64,000 nucleotides of DNA from the IMG/VR virus record IMGVR_UViG_3300020187_001966, one strand, 5' to 3'. Position 1 is the stretch's first letter. Each line of letters starts with the position of its first letter. A program made the translations under genes and the position numbers. Under the pieces are notes generated by a model, which was not told the DNA's origin, did not search any database, and was given only the letters and a program-made list of their open reading frames with translations. Origin of the DNA: a virus (Duplodnaviria > Caudoviricetes). Positions 20,101-30,800 of the stretch are shown here, one piece after another.

Positions 20101-23100
20101 CAATATTAGGTACTGTATTACTACCCACAATGAATACATAATCATCAGTAACAAGGTTGTGTGCTTGTGTATTTCCATCACTAAGATTAACTGAAATCAG
20201 CGCATCGTCTGCGTCATTGTTACCAGCACAGGCTTTACTAATGCTCATACCAAAGTCCATTGTTTGATACACCGCATACCCACTGTTACTGTCGTTATCA
20301 CCAACATTGTCAGCAAGCCAAATACTAAAAATATGTGGATCATTAGTCATTTCTTGGAAAACTTGATTACCATCACTACCAACAAACGCATTAAAGACGT
20401 TACTTATTTGTGTTTGTACAGCACTGAGTGTTCCTGCTGTTAACCCTAGTGTAGTATTAGCAGTACCTGCTCCTATAACTAATGTAGAGTTAGTACTTGT
20501 TAATTTAAGTCTGTTGCTACTATTAGTAGCACCAATGCCACTAAGTGATGCGCTGTTAATAATGTTAATTATTGAGTTAAGATCAACTGTAGTTGAAACT
20601 GATGTAGTTGATATTGGTGCGTTTGTAATACCAGAACTTATCCCAACTATAGTATTAGCTGATCCTGCTCCAATAAAAAGTGTTTCCAAATTACTATTAA
20701 TTTGTAATACGTTACTACTTGCTCCACCTGCTAGGGCAGTAATACCAGTAATATTTGCGTTGTTAATTTGTTGAACTACTTGAGCAATAGTTAAGTTTGG
20801 ACTATCTGATATAATTGATCCACTACTTGTTTCAGTAGTTGGCCCAACATCACTAAACCCAACCTCGAGATTTGCTGTACCAACACCTACTGTTAATGTA
20901 AACTCAGTATTTGGTGTAGTAGTTGTTTTTGTGATAACAAGTCTATTACTACTACTGCTTGCTGTTACATTTGCGATACTTTCATCGTTAATTTTATCAA
21001 TAATCTCTGCTAAGTTATATGTTTTATATCCTGTAACAGTAGTTGTACTAACAATTTGGCTTGTTGTAAATGTTGTACCACTGTTGCTTTGTAGCCAATC
21101 TCGAATAGCTTCTGGCAAAGAACTATCATCTAAGTCAGCTTGGGCACTACTAATATTTGCTTGTGTTACTGTTTCAGTACCAGCAATTACATTTAACGCA
21201 TTATAAGTTGTTCCAATACTGTTGTTTACTAAGTCAACATCATTTGTAATAAGTGCGTGTAACTCTGATTGGTATGCTGGTGTTCCAGCATCTAATGCTA
21301 ATAACACACTAAATTCTAAACCAACTGGTGAGTTAGCAAAATAATTAGATAACAGTGTATCCCAAGCAGCTTGGCTCGAAGCAGCAATGTATGCTGTCCT
21401 AAGTGCTTCAATACGTTGTACTCTAGCTGTAGCAACATTCGCTCTTATTGTTGGTGTATTAACTCCAGATTCAAATGCGTCAAAGAACATTTGTTCAAAT
21501 GCTGTTTGCGCAGTAATATTATTACTTAAATTTTCTGTTTCATTAAAGTTAATAGTAGTGCTTTCAATGATTAAAGTACTAGTTGCACTGCCTTCAATTT
21601 GTGGACTTATAGTATTACCAACAATACTAACATCATTAAATACTGTACTTGTGGATGTACTGTCAAATGTAATTGTTCTAGCATTTGCGCTAGTTGAGCC
21701 TATCACAAGCGTTGAATTATCAACAACAACATCAGTAGTACCAATGTCTTGCGTACCTGTTAAATTAATAATACTAAAAGTAGTTGTGTTAGTTGATTGT
21801 ACTAAATTAATAGTTGTTCCATCAATAATAAGAGTTTGTCCTGAATTAGGAATAACTGGAAGTGTAACTGAAGCAGTTGTTTCAATAGGATCATTTGGTT
21901 TTGTAAGACCACTTGTTCCGTCAGGGTCTAACACTTCCCATACTCTACCAGCATATATTACACGATCTTTATATTTGTATGCTGTCTTGTTATCCCATTG
22001 TTCAATATCTTTCCAATTACCATCAAAGTTGTATGCTTCTTTTACTTCTGTTGGAAATTGTACAAAATCATTTTTGTTTAACACACGATAATCTGTTTCC
22101 GTTAACAAAGGAAGTCCTGCTGTAACAAAATCATTTGCATAAGTATTTTCTTGTTCTATAGTTGTGTAGTTAAATGTTTTTGCTAGTCTAGTTGTAAAGT
22201 TATTTCCTGGTGTTCCATTAACTAGCAGTGGACTATTGAAGTCTACATCAATAACAATATCACTCAAGACATCGTTTAGCTCCGTGGAGCTAAAGCGAAC
22301 TGGCTGTGGATTTGTTTTTATTAAATCTGTTGTTAGTTCAAATTCTAGTGTATTTCTACTACGTGTGTCACCATAATCTGCTGTACGTATTGCCCATTCT
22401 TCATGTACTTTTGCTGTTGATAGTGTACCAAATAATGCTGTGTTACGCATAAATGCGTTTAATGCGTGACGTGTACCTCTATACTTACGAGTACCCTTAA
22501 CAAAGTTAAACAGGGTATCATCATCTAGTCCAACAATATCATTCCATGCTGGCTTGTTGTATCCAGTATTAAATCTTGCGGCATCTACTTGCTGTTGGTT
22601 ACTTAATGTATTACCAGGACCATAGTACTGATCAATTTCATTAGCTACTGTGTCAAAGTTAGGTGTAACACCATCTCTATTTACAATATAGCCTGGAGCA
22701 AATAATTTACCATTCCAGTTTTTACTGCGGCTACCTCTCCAGATAACTCTTTTATGACGTACACCAAGTGCTGGGTTGTAAATCAAATCATCAAAGTTTG
22801 ATTCATTATCAATAACCATTATATGTTCTATTTCAACACGATACAAACGAATACCATATATTTCTGTACCAGCGTTGGCTTCAATTATAGTAACAGCATC
22901 GTCTTCACCAATTACATCACGAGTAATGATAAGTTTGTTGTTTAGTATTTGAAGTCCAGCTTTGCTTACTACATTGTGTTGTCCATCAAATTTGTTATTA
23001 ATATTGCTAAAGTATCCATTTGAGCTTTCTTTAACTTCTATCTTTGTAGTGCTTGGTGTAGCATAATGTATATCAGCTAATTCTGCTGTTTCAGACCAAA

Positions 23101-26100
23101 TTACAGTGTTACTGCCAGTACTTGCCCAAGTTGCAGTCCAGCCTTGGCTCTCTAAGTATTCACCATACCCAAGTATAAATTCATATAAGTCTTGTAAACT
23201 ACTTAATACTGTATTGTAATCTAATGAACTACTAGCACTTTCATAATATTTGTATTTGTCAACTGTTGTATTACCAGCGTTAACCATTACTCTTCCAGCA
23301 TCTTTATTTGGTTTAAAGTATGTAAAGTTTTGATTGGTAGTATCATAACCCGCTACCTGATATCCATCAGCTACTTTTGTTATCTTAATAGCACTGAAAA
23401 ACAATTCTTCTTTTGGTTGACTAGTGTATAGTAATGTGTTAATATTTTCTTCTGGGATATTAACACGGCCTTTGTCTTGGCTACTCTCAAGAATGACTTC
23501 TTGATTACTACTAATGAACCCACCAGCTTTAATAATTGGATTAGTCATATAATTTTTAAAGCGATCTTCAACTGTTGAAACTGTAGTGTTATTATATTGT
23601 GCGAAGTTAACTAGTGCGTTGTTTAATCCAGCAGTATAACGCCTAGCACCAGAAGATAATAATACACTAAACGTTGCTGATCCAGTAACTGGCACTACTG
23701 AAGGTACTGTTTGGTAATTTCCACCTGGATTAGTAACCGCAACTGCTGTAATCACTCCACCATCTACTATTGCTTGTAGTGATGCGCCACTGCCAAAGTT
23801 ACTAAACACACTAAGCGGCGGCGCACTTGTGTATCCACTGCCACCATTTTTAATATTAACTAATTCTACAATGTTATCTTCATAATCTTTATTTGACAGT
23901 TGTACTAACTTATTGTTACCTAACATTTGAGTATCAGTAAACAATGTTTGTACTGTATTAAAGTTTGCTTGAGATCTTGTATTACTACGGAAATAATCAT
24001 TTGTTACTTTTAGTGGACGTAATTTTAGTAGCGCATAAAATAACGCAACTTTATATTCACTTGACTGACGCCAGTTGTTCTCAATACTACCCCAATCACC
24101 AAATACTATTTCAGCCATTGCTTGTGCTGATGTTGGCGATGTAACAACATTTGCTGTTACTGGATCATTTAATACCATAGCGTTAGTTACAAGTGTGTCT
24201 GTTTGCCAGTCATAAGCACTATAAGAATATGTTAGATTATATTTTTTTGGACTCAATGCTGGATCGTTATAATGTCCAGTTTCTAACGCAGTAATTAATG
24301 CTGTGCGTTTACTAACATCTATCCAACTATAATTTGTATCCCACCAACTTGGTTTTGTATTGTAACCAAACATTTCCCAAGGATGTGTATGTGGTCTATC
24401 TGTATTAAAGTAGTAAGTATAGATACCTCTCCATCCACCAATTTTAGGACCAACACTACTGTAATTCCAAGTAAACTTGTCACCAACACTGTATTCTGTT
24501 GAATCGTGTGTGCTAGTAATTTTGTTTCTAGTTTTCCACTTAGTAAAGCTACTACGTAATGCGGTTGTTAAGTCATTCCAATTGTATAAATTTGGACGAC
24601 TTGCTAGTGGCATAATATGTTTATAATCAGTAGTTGTTGTATTATCTAGGTTATTATATATACGAGTTTCTAGTTCAAATAATACAGCGTCTTCAATATT
24701 AAATGCGGCGGCAGATCGTGTATAAAGATCGCTACCTTTACGGGCTGTTACACTACCGTCGTGTCCGTATATATTATTTGCGTCTATTTCTAAACTATAC
24801 TTGTCTAATAATCCTAGTTTAACTGCGCTTGGTGGCACAAAACTAGGACTTGTTAATGGATACCATTTAGCATTAACTAATACTTTACCAGTACTATCAT
24901 ACATAACACTAGCAGTAATAGTTAGTTTATTTTGTGTAATAGTATAGTCTTGATCTTTAACAAGAGAACGCCAAACAAGCCCAGTATATCCATCGCCTTC
25001 ACGTATACTTACTTGTATGTGATTACTAGTGTCATCATATGTATTAATAGTTTGTGGTAAATTAAATACAGGTGAATCACTTGCTGTCCAACTACTGTTA
25101 ATTTCTTCGTACTCTTTATATTTTACCATTTCGCTATTAGCATATAAATCGTTACGTGTTTTACCAATATTCATACTAGTTAATGCTTGCTCAACTAACT
25201 CTATAACACTGACTGTAATATCAAGTGTTTTGTGTAGTTGAACACATTTTTGTATGAATTGTTGTTTAAAGTTGCTGTAACTATTCATAGCAAACTTAAT
25301 ACTACTAAACATATTTGTATCAGTAAACATTGATGTTTGGTTTACAAGTTCTGTTGAGTATGGTTGCTGACGAATAGTACCGCCAAATTCGTGTACATGT
25401 GGCAAATGTCTATAGTTGTTAACGCCAAAGAAACTACCAGTAAATCCAGGTATACTTTGTATTTGTTGCTTCATGTGTGTTAGTATATCACCAAAACTAA
25501 CATCAGTTAACACTTCATTCTGTGGGTTTAATACATGCGTATCAGCTGGCATGTTAGTACCTTGTGTGATATTATCGTTAGTGTGCCAAACTACATCAAA
25601 AAGATCATCAATAGGAAATCCACCTGGAATAGTTATCTTATTATCAGCTAATGTATATACAGTATACGGTTCACCATTTTTTGTAACTACTAAGTTGTCT
25701 GGTATTGAATATGCTTCGTTTACATATATTAATCCGCTTACACTATTATCACTAATAAGTCGATATAGGATTGCTGCGTCAAAAAAGGCATTAGTTACAG
25801 TTAATGTACGAGTATTACCAACAGGTGCGCCAAGGGTTACATTAGTTAACGCTGAGCCGTTTATGTTTAAAAACTCCAAGTCGTTAATGTCAAAGATTGT
25901 TGATATATTATATGTGTTTGTTCTATCAACAAATAGTGCTGGGTTCAATCCATTTATAAGATTTGGTTCTGCTGTAGTATGTGTACTGTTCCACTGGAAT
26001 ACTTCTAGCTTGTCGTTACGCTTTGATATTTTAAATGTATCTGGAGCTTCAATATCAGTTGTTCCAATATCAATTACAATTGGGTTCGTATCTGTTACAA

Positions 26101-27868
26101 CTTTTTGTATATGTTTTTTAACAGGCTGTTGTCCACGTACTGTTACCCAACCATTATGATAAGAACTGTCACTAAGTTTTTTATAGTAGTAATAGCCTAG
26201 TACTTCTGAAGTATTAGCGGCATCACTGTTTGCTGTTGTGTCTGTTGAATTTAGAGTAATATAATTATAGCGTTTACTTCCAAGTTCAATATCAAAACTT
26301 AGCCCTGGCTCATTACCATAATCTACATATCTTGGACTAAATCCAAGAGCAGTGTCAATAGTTGTAGTACTAGTACCATAATTAAAAATATGATCACCAG
26401 CAAAGTCATTGTTTGGATATACTGTAGTATTAGTTAAAGGAATACTATTACTGTCATATAAGTTAAACTTAATACCTTGACTGCGACCTGTTTTTTGTTG
26501 TGAGTAAATCCAAGCACTCCCATTCCAATGCCATTCACTACCGCTATAATTTTCAGTTACACTAATACGAATGTTTACGCCATTGTCAGCAACTATTGGC
26601 GTTGAGCTAGGTCCATAAATTTGAGTAAGAGCAGTAACTACATTACTTCCATTTACAGATGCTCTATAGATATTATTGTTATATGGTGATGTGGCATTTA
26701 AAAATAAAACAGTATCATTGTCTTGTAAGTTAAAGTCATTGGATTGTCCAATTATCCCACTAGAAGGATCAGTAACAGTATCAATTAATTGTGTTACACT
26801 ACCTAAACTACTTTTAGCAAAGTTGTATTTCTCAATACCAGCTCTAAATGCTATGATTGGTCGAATACCACGAAACTTATCTAAAGTATAATCACTTGCT
26901 GTTACACCGTTAAATGTACAAATAGTAGTTACAGTTTCTTCGTGTATCCATAAGTTACGTCTACTCCAAACACTTTGGTCTGGAGAGTGGCGTTCTTCAA
27001 CTACATAATCTCTACTCAATACTTCGTATTCAGTGAGGTCATAATTTGGATAAACAAAATTAGTTTCACTGCCATCCCATTGACTTGGTTCTTGTACACC
27101 ATATATAGTATCGTTAAACCATACTCTTTTTCCATAACCAGTGCCGGTGTTTTCAAACTGTCGAGTAAGTTGAATACTAGTACCAACACCATCTACAATG
27201 TAGATATCATCAACAGTGTAATCACTATTTCCTGTTGCATTAGCACCAGTAAACTTAACTCTCATACCATTTAATAAAGGTAGTTGTTCATTATTTGCTA
27301 ATGTTGGTGTCTTATAATATGGCTGTCCAACAATACTAGTAATATCAATTGGATCGCTAGCTGTTGGTTCAGCTACACAAACTGGAAGGAAATCTACTAA
27401 CCAAAAGTAATGATGATAGTTAATAAACATATCATAGTCAATTGGCAAATCTAATGTATAACCAGGCTCGTTAAAAATACGGTTTGTATTAGCAGTATCT
27501 ACTTCATTGTATTTTAATATATCAATCAAGTCGTCATATGTCATTGCTTCAGTAATATTTTGATCTTGATCACGAACTACTCCGCCAGGAACAAATTGAT
27601 AGTCAGTTGCCGCTCTATTGTCAGATATAAATCTGTCAGCAGCTACATTTTTATTTTGTGTGTCACCTAAATAGTAGTTAACAGCTTCCATACTACCACT
27701 TGACATTAACTGCTCAAGAGTGCTATTTAAAAACTTCTTGTTAACAGTTGTTTGAAAAATTGCTGGAAGTAAATCTACAGTATTGCGTGTTCCCACATAC
27801 TCTAAACTTTCTCCAGGCCTAGTAGCATGTGCTGCTATAATTGGATTGGCGTGATACTTTTGGCTCAT
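17099..27868 (-). CDS. Giant baseplate-associated structural protein (gp7-like wedge position), 3589 aa
   Basis: Uninterrupted ORF directly after gp6 (ATGA overlap); W/Y/D/N/T-rich beta composition; GSGYTSAP module. Confidence 0.75.
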   Translation of the reverse strand: MSQKYHANPIIAAHATRPGESLEYVGTRNTVDLLPAIFQTTVNKKFLNSTLEQLMSSGSMEAVNYYLGDTQNKNVAADRFISDNRAATDYQFVPGGVVRDQDQNITEAMTYDDLIDILKYNEVDTANTNRIFNEPGYTLDLPIDYDMFINYHHYFWLVDFLPVCVAEPTASDPIDITSIVGQPYYKTPTLANNEQLPLLNGMRVKFTGANATGNSDYTVDDIYIVDGVGTSIQLTRQFENTGTGYGKRVWFNDTIYGVQEPSQWDGSETNFVYPNYDLTEYEVLSRDYVVEERHSPDQSVWSRRNLWIHEETVTTICTFNGVTASDYTLDKFRGIRPIIAFRAGIEKYNFAKSSLGSVTQLIDTVTDPSSGIIGQSNDFNLQDNDTVLFLNATSPYNNNIYRASVNGSNVVTALTQIYGPSSTPIVADNGVNIRISVTENYSGSEWHWNGSAWIYSQQKTGRSQGIKFNLYDSNSIPLTNTTVYPNNDFAGDHIFNYGTSTTTIDTALGFSPRYVDYGNEPGLSFDIELGSKRYNYITLNSTDTTANSDAANTSEVLGYYYYKKLSDSSYHNGWVTVRGQQPVKKHIQKVVTDTNPIVIDIGTTDIEAPDTFKISKRNDKLEVFQWNSTHTTAEPNLINGLNPALFVDRTNTYNISTIFDINDLEFLNINGSALTNVTLGAPVGNTRTLTVTNAFFDAAILYRLISDNSVSGLIYVNEAYSIPDNLVVTKNGEPYTVYTLADNKITIPGGFPIDDLFDVVWHTNDNITQGTNMPADTHVLNPQNEVLTDVSFGDILTHMKQQIQSIPGFTGSFFGVNNYRHLPHVHEFGGTIRQQPYSTELVNQTSMFTDTNMFSSIKFAMNSYSNFKQQFIQKCVQLHKTLDITVSVIELVEQALTSMNIGKTRNDLYANSEMVKYKEYEEINSSWTASDSPVFNLPQTINTYDDTSNHIQVSIREGDGYTGLVWRSLVKDQDYTITQNKLTITASVMYDSTGKVLVNAKWYPLTSPSFVPPSAVKLGLLDKYSLEIDANNIYGHDGSVTARKGSDLYTRSAAAFNIEDAVLFELETRIYNNLDNTTTTDYKHIMPLASRPNLYNWNDLTTALRSSFTKWKTRNKITSTHDSTEYSVGDKFTWNYSSVGPKIGGWRGIYTYYFNTDRPHTHPWEMFGYNTKPSWWDTNYSWIDVSKRTALITALETGHYNDPALSPKKYNLTYSYSAYDWQTDTLVTNAMVLNDPVTANVVTSPTSAQAMAEIVFGDWGSIENNWRQSSEYKVALFYALLKLRPLKVTNDYFRSNTRSQANFNTVQTLFTDTQMLGNNKLVQLSNKDYEDNIVELVNIKNGGSGYTSAPPLSVFSNFGSGASLQAIVDGGVITAVAVTNPGGNYQTVPSVVPVTGSATFSVLLSSGARRYTAGLNNALVNFAQYNNTTVSTVEDRFKNYMTNPIIKAGGFISSNQEVILESSQDKGRVNIPEENINTLLYTSQPKEELFFSAIKITKVADGYQVAGYDTTNQNFTYFKPNKDAGRVMVNAGNTTVDKYKYYESASSSLDYNTVLSSLQDLYEFILGYGEYLESQGWTATWASTGSNTVIWSETAELADIHYATPSTTKIEVKESSNGYFSNINNKFDGQHNVVSKAGLQILNNKLIITRDVIGEDDAVTIIEANAGTEIYGIRLYRVEIEHIMVIDNESNFDDLIYNPALGVRHKRVIWRGSRSKNWNGKLFAPGYIVNRDGVTPNFDTVANEIDQYYGPGNTLSNQQQVDAARFNTGYNKPAWNDIVGLDDDTLFNFVKGTRKYRGTRHALNAFMRNTALFGTLSTAKVHEEWAIRTADYGDTRSRNTLEFELTTDLIKTNPQPVRFSSTELNDVLSDIVIDVDFNSPLLVNGTPGNNFTTRLAKTFNYTTIEQENTYANDFVTAGLPLLTETDYRVLNKNDFVQFPTEVKEAYNFDGNWKDIEQWDNKTAYKYKDRVIYAGRVWEVLDPDGTSGLTKPNDPIETTASVTLPVIPNSGQTLIIDGTTINLVQSTNTTTFSIINLTGTQDIGTTDVVVDNSTLVIGSTSANARTITFDSTSTSTVFNDVSIVGNTISPQIEGSATSTLIIESTTINFNETENLSNNITAQTAFEQMFFDAFESGVNTPTIRANVATARVQRIEALRTAYIAASSQAAWDTLLSNYFANSPVGLEFSVLLALDAGTPAYQSELHALITNDVDLVNNSIGTTYNALNVIAGTETVTQANISSAQADLDDSSLPEAIRDWLQSNSGTTFTTSQIVSTTTVTGYKTYNLAEIIDKINDESIANVTASSSSNRLVITKTTTTPNTEFTLTVGVGTANLEVGFSDVGPTTETSSGSIISDSPNLTIAQVVQQINNANITGITALAGGASSNVLQINSNLETLFIGAGSANTIVGISSGITNAPISTTSVSTTVDLNSIINIINSASLSGIGATNSSNRLKLTSTNSTLVIGAGTANTTLGLTAGTLSAVQTQISNVFNAFVGSDGNQVFQEMTNDPHIFSIWLADNVGDNDSNSGYAVYQTMDFGMSISKACAGNNDADDALISVNLSDGNTQAHNLVTDDYVFIVGSNTVPNIDGIHRVTAVNPDNTLVFYIDEYIQEEGTVGNIYPLRNVRFSDFNTLDNNTNATVNGVFKYNFNGLRQNNQQTPKYAFVDDDGNGSPAVYKWVGNYTNSTGHTGTGWTKVRESATQARNDLIESVKLYDAYTKSTITQLEIFDPAKGIIPGFIDEEIDLILTADIASYNYNTVDGFNENTKSWATEQIGMRWWDINTAIYVDYEQSSIDYKQAYWGRLFDGASIDVYEWTRSSVPPEEWKTLVDRGGYIDGSPASGTPLSVDIDNETVYNWTEEKFYNSQSKRTEKNYFFWVKGKQNNTSKRNYNTYQLARLLENPSAFNISWAAAAGSSELLLSNVELYITNNTVVQVNQRVDSNALPLNEWTLLSENDSASIIPEQLHIKMRDSLTGYNRHTERYTYTTWSTGTVYAVDAVVQDGDNFYINLLADNTGNQPSLDTAMEKWVRIYDYNLPDGTPESDIDVARPHALPDLNLHPYNRYGHLVRPRQSLVRELPIARQNFIETANNLLADIPLIDGGDSWETVMNKISIEGVVSYDISPYWSYVDYTRKTYDNNDSLVYEYNTSISPKYTADSKDELYGELGVPFPYVNGDTLKITTVMHSDDINRPETYSRINDEWVLEHKVKGTIQLSEELWNSQKFGLGYDISGFDIDGFDNSVDGILSTIFDGLRSHIFVGRHQVKYNKLWFKCLYQAIADNTADDFAFKTTFVKLNVDHPLLTNKERYGNFNVNVVEEFFNTIKPFHTKLHSITDRNTHTDSWENEISELSRNSVITMKYEDHTERTWAGDTILTGGTFTTAPDNVDAITFTTVDGDIEYIYDANVFQQAVTEGWGNELYPMDVHENVSILVQTNASGSTETTDTRSFRMNIWEQYRIQESTAVVDATSTVTATSVIASDDNTIIVDNATGFPDSGVVWVGNERVEYGAKLGTTLFYCTRGTYGTPVLTNTPVGTTVRYEPTIPVLENFGHYGDNLRLAYNDSGVSLASAGITPEHTFIRNAGSGSI

Positions 27869-30800
27869 GTAATGCTAACTCCGCTGTTTGCTGCTATTGA
27901 TGTAGGATTATAAACTGTACTCTTACTTACAGTAATGTTACTGGTTGTTATAACTGGTAAAAATAATTCGTCACTGTCACTAATTATTTCAAATAATGCG
28001 TTTGGTTTTGCTTGGTTGTCCACTGATTCGATATTAATCTGCGCTACTTGACCAACTGTATTATTGTGAATAAACGCTGCTAGTTCAGTAAAATAAAATG
28101 TTTCTCCAAAGTCCCAATTATCAATACCAAAGTATGCGTTAACTAAGCGTATTACTTCTTGCTTAATTTCAGTATCACTTAGTGTACAGTTAGCAGTTTT
28201 TGTTACGTTAAATTTAGCTTGTAATTCACTACTTGCCAAATCACCAAAAAGTATTTTGTACTTAACTGGGCGATATATAACTTGATCACTGATTGATTTT
28301 TTATTGTCTAAACTTTTAAATAAGTCGTTTAGTGATGAGATAGTAGGTGGGTTTGGTTTAGTATATCCTCTGCCATCATATCTTGCCCATGTTCTAAAAC
28401 TATTTTCGTATGTTGACAACAATACATATGTATCAATAATGTTAGTTGTTGCTGGATCAATAACTTGATTAACGTCAGCAATTCTTGTATACTTGCTTGC
28501 CAAGCCACTACGTCCAGTTACAGATGTTCCACTACTAGCATCATGTACTGTGTAAGTAAATCCATCAATAACTTTTGTATTAAGTGTGATTGTTTCATCT
28601 CCAACAATGTCATGGAAAGCACTTGGATTTACTGGAAATCCATCATTAGTAGGACTTGATAATGTTAATCTAATCTTATTAGGATCAGTATATCCATCTG
28701 GGTATGTAAAGTATCCAGATGCGTTCATGGTGTAATCTGATCCAATTGGTAAACTGTTTGATTTACTTTTACTATTAATGCCTAGTACTTTAATATTATC
28801 CATACTTGGCTTTAGTGTTTCACTACTAAATGTTTCAGCAAAGTTTAAGTTAGCAAATTTAATTTGTTCATCACTACCAAATATATAACGTGTCTTACGT
28901 GTTACAATTTCCCACTGTGATGACGTATAGTTTAGTCTAATAATCCAACTGTTGTCAAGACCTGTACCGTTTGTGTCGCCTTCATACGTTCTATTCCAAC
29001 TACTTGGATTGTTATTTGTAAGTGAACTAGTAACTAAGTTACTACCAGTAACTACTACCCAAGCCTGTGTTGTGGCATCATAACGTAAGCCAAAACTGTT
29101 ATTGTTTGTAATAAGATTAAGTACGTCTGTTTTGACAGTGCTAGTTAAGTCGTTAGCCCAACTTGGTATAATACGCTTAATACGTGCACCACTTGGAATA
29201 ACTTCACTAAGTGTAACACTACCTCGACCAATTTGGTCAATACCAGTTTGTGTTCCAGCACTGTTATCAATTCCTAGTCCGTCATTATAAATTCCTGTTA
29301 CTCTTACCCATTTTGTGTCAGCACTTGATACTACGGCTGTTGCTGTAGCACCTGACCCGCCACCGCCAGTAATTGTAACACTAGTAGCACTATCATAACT
29401 TAGTCCAGAGTCTGTAATAGTAATACTGACTAAAGCACCACTACCATCAATATTTGCTGTACCAGTTGCTCCTGTTCCAGCACCAGTAATTGATACTGTT
29501 GGATCTGATGTATATCCACTACCAGCAGAAGTTATCTTAATACTGCTGATGTATCCAATTTTATAAGGAGGAGTTACAAACTCAATGATTGAGTTTATAT
29601 CAATTTTATTCATTGGAGCAATGCCATTAGCCTTAACACGTTGTATAATACTAGCATCGTTAGTTAAGTATCCTGTACTTGTGTTTCCGCCTTTGGTAAC
29701 TTGGTTCCAACGGAATGTATTTGTTTCTGTGCCATCTGCGTTGTGATAAACAATGTTAGCAGTTGTATCAGTATATTGGCTAGCTGGTGTATACGAACCA
29801 TCTGGTCCATAATACTGTCTATCATAAAAGAAGTTTTTAACTTCTGGGTTGTCCAACAGCGGCTTAATAAATCTACTGTATGTTTGCTCACTGTTTAAAT
29901 TTGTTGGCAAACTAACTACACTGCGGGCTGCTACGTCTTCTCTATATAGATAACCATCATCTAAAAATTGTATAGCATCGCTGTAACTACCAGTTGGGTC
30001 ATTAAAATCTCTAAAGCGGCTGTGTCCACTGTGTACACGGTTGACACTTTTAATCTTGCGAATGTTTTCGCTTACTGTTAATGGGAAAATACTATAATCT
30101 TCTGCTGTAACAAGTCTATCTTGTGTGCTATGGAATCTACCAGCATTGTCTTTAATACTTTGTAGACTTTCACGTTGACTAGCATTACTTACTCTAGATT
30201 TTAAACTTGCTGTAAATGTAGCACGATATGTATTCCCATCACTGCCTAGATAGTTAAATGAATATGATGTTGTACCAAAACTTTCAGGGTTTAGTGTATA
30301 ACTAAGGTTCAATCCAGTTCTATACCAAACACGAATAATACCACGTGGGATATTACCAAAATCTCCATCACCAAACACAATACTAATTTTGTCATCTTCT
30401 CTGCTTGACACAGTATAAATGTTTCTAAAGTTGTTGTCAAGATTATTGTATATTGCGTTTAGACCAAATATACGATCTACTGACATCCAGTCTGTTAATA
30501 CTTGTCCAACTTCGTCAACAGTTTGTACCCAAATGTTTCCGTTTGCTACGTTAATATCGTCTATATCAAGTACAAGGTTTGGTAATCCATCAGCAATACC
30601 AAAGTCTTTAAACTGTAGTGTACCTTGTTTAAATCCAAAAAAGAATCCTGTGTCAGGACTACTAAATCCGCCATTGTCATTTCTATATATTATGTCAAGT
30701 GCGCCGAATGGATCAGGAGTTTTTTCTTGAATGCGGTTTAAACTACTATTAAGATATACACTATGTGCGCCAAATACTGCTCGGCTTCCACTAACATTTG

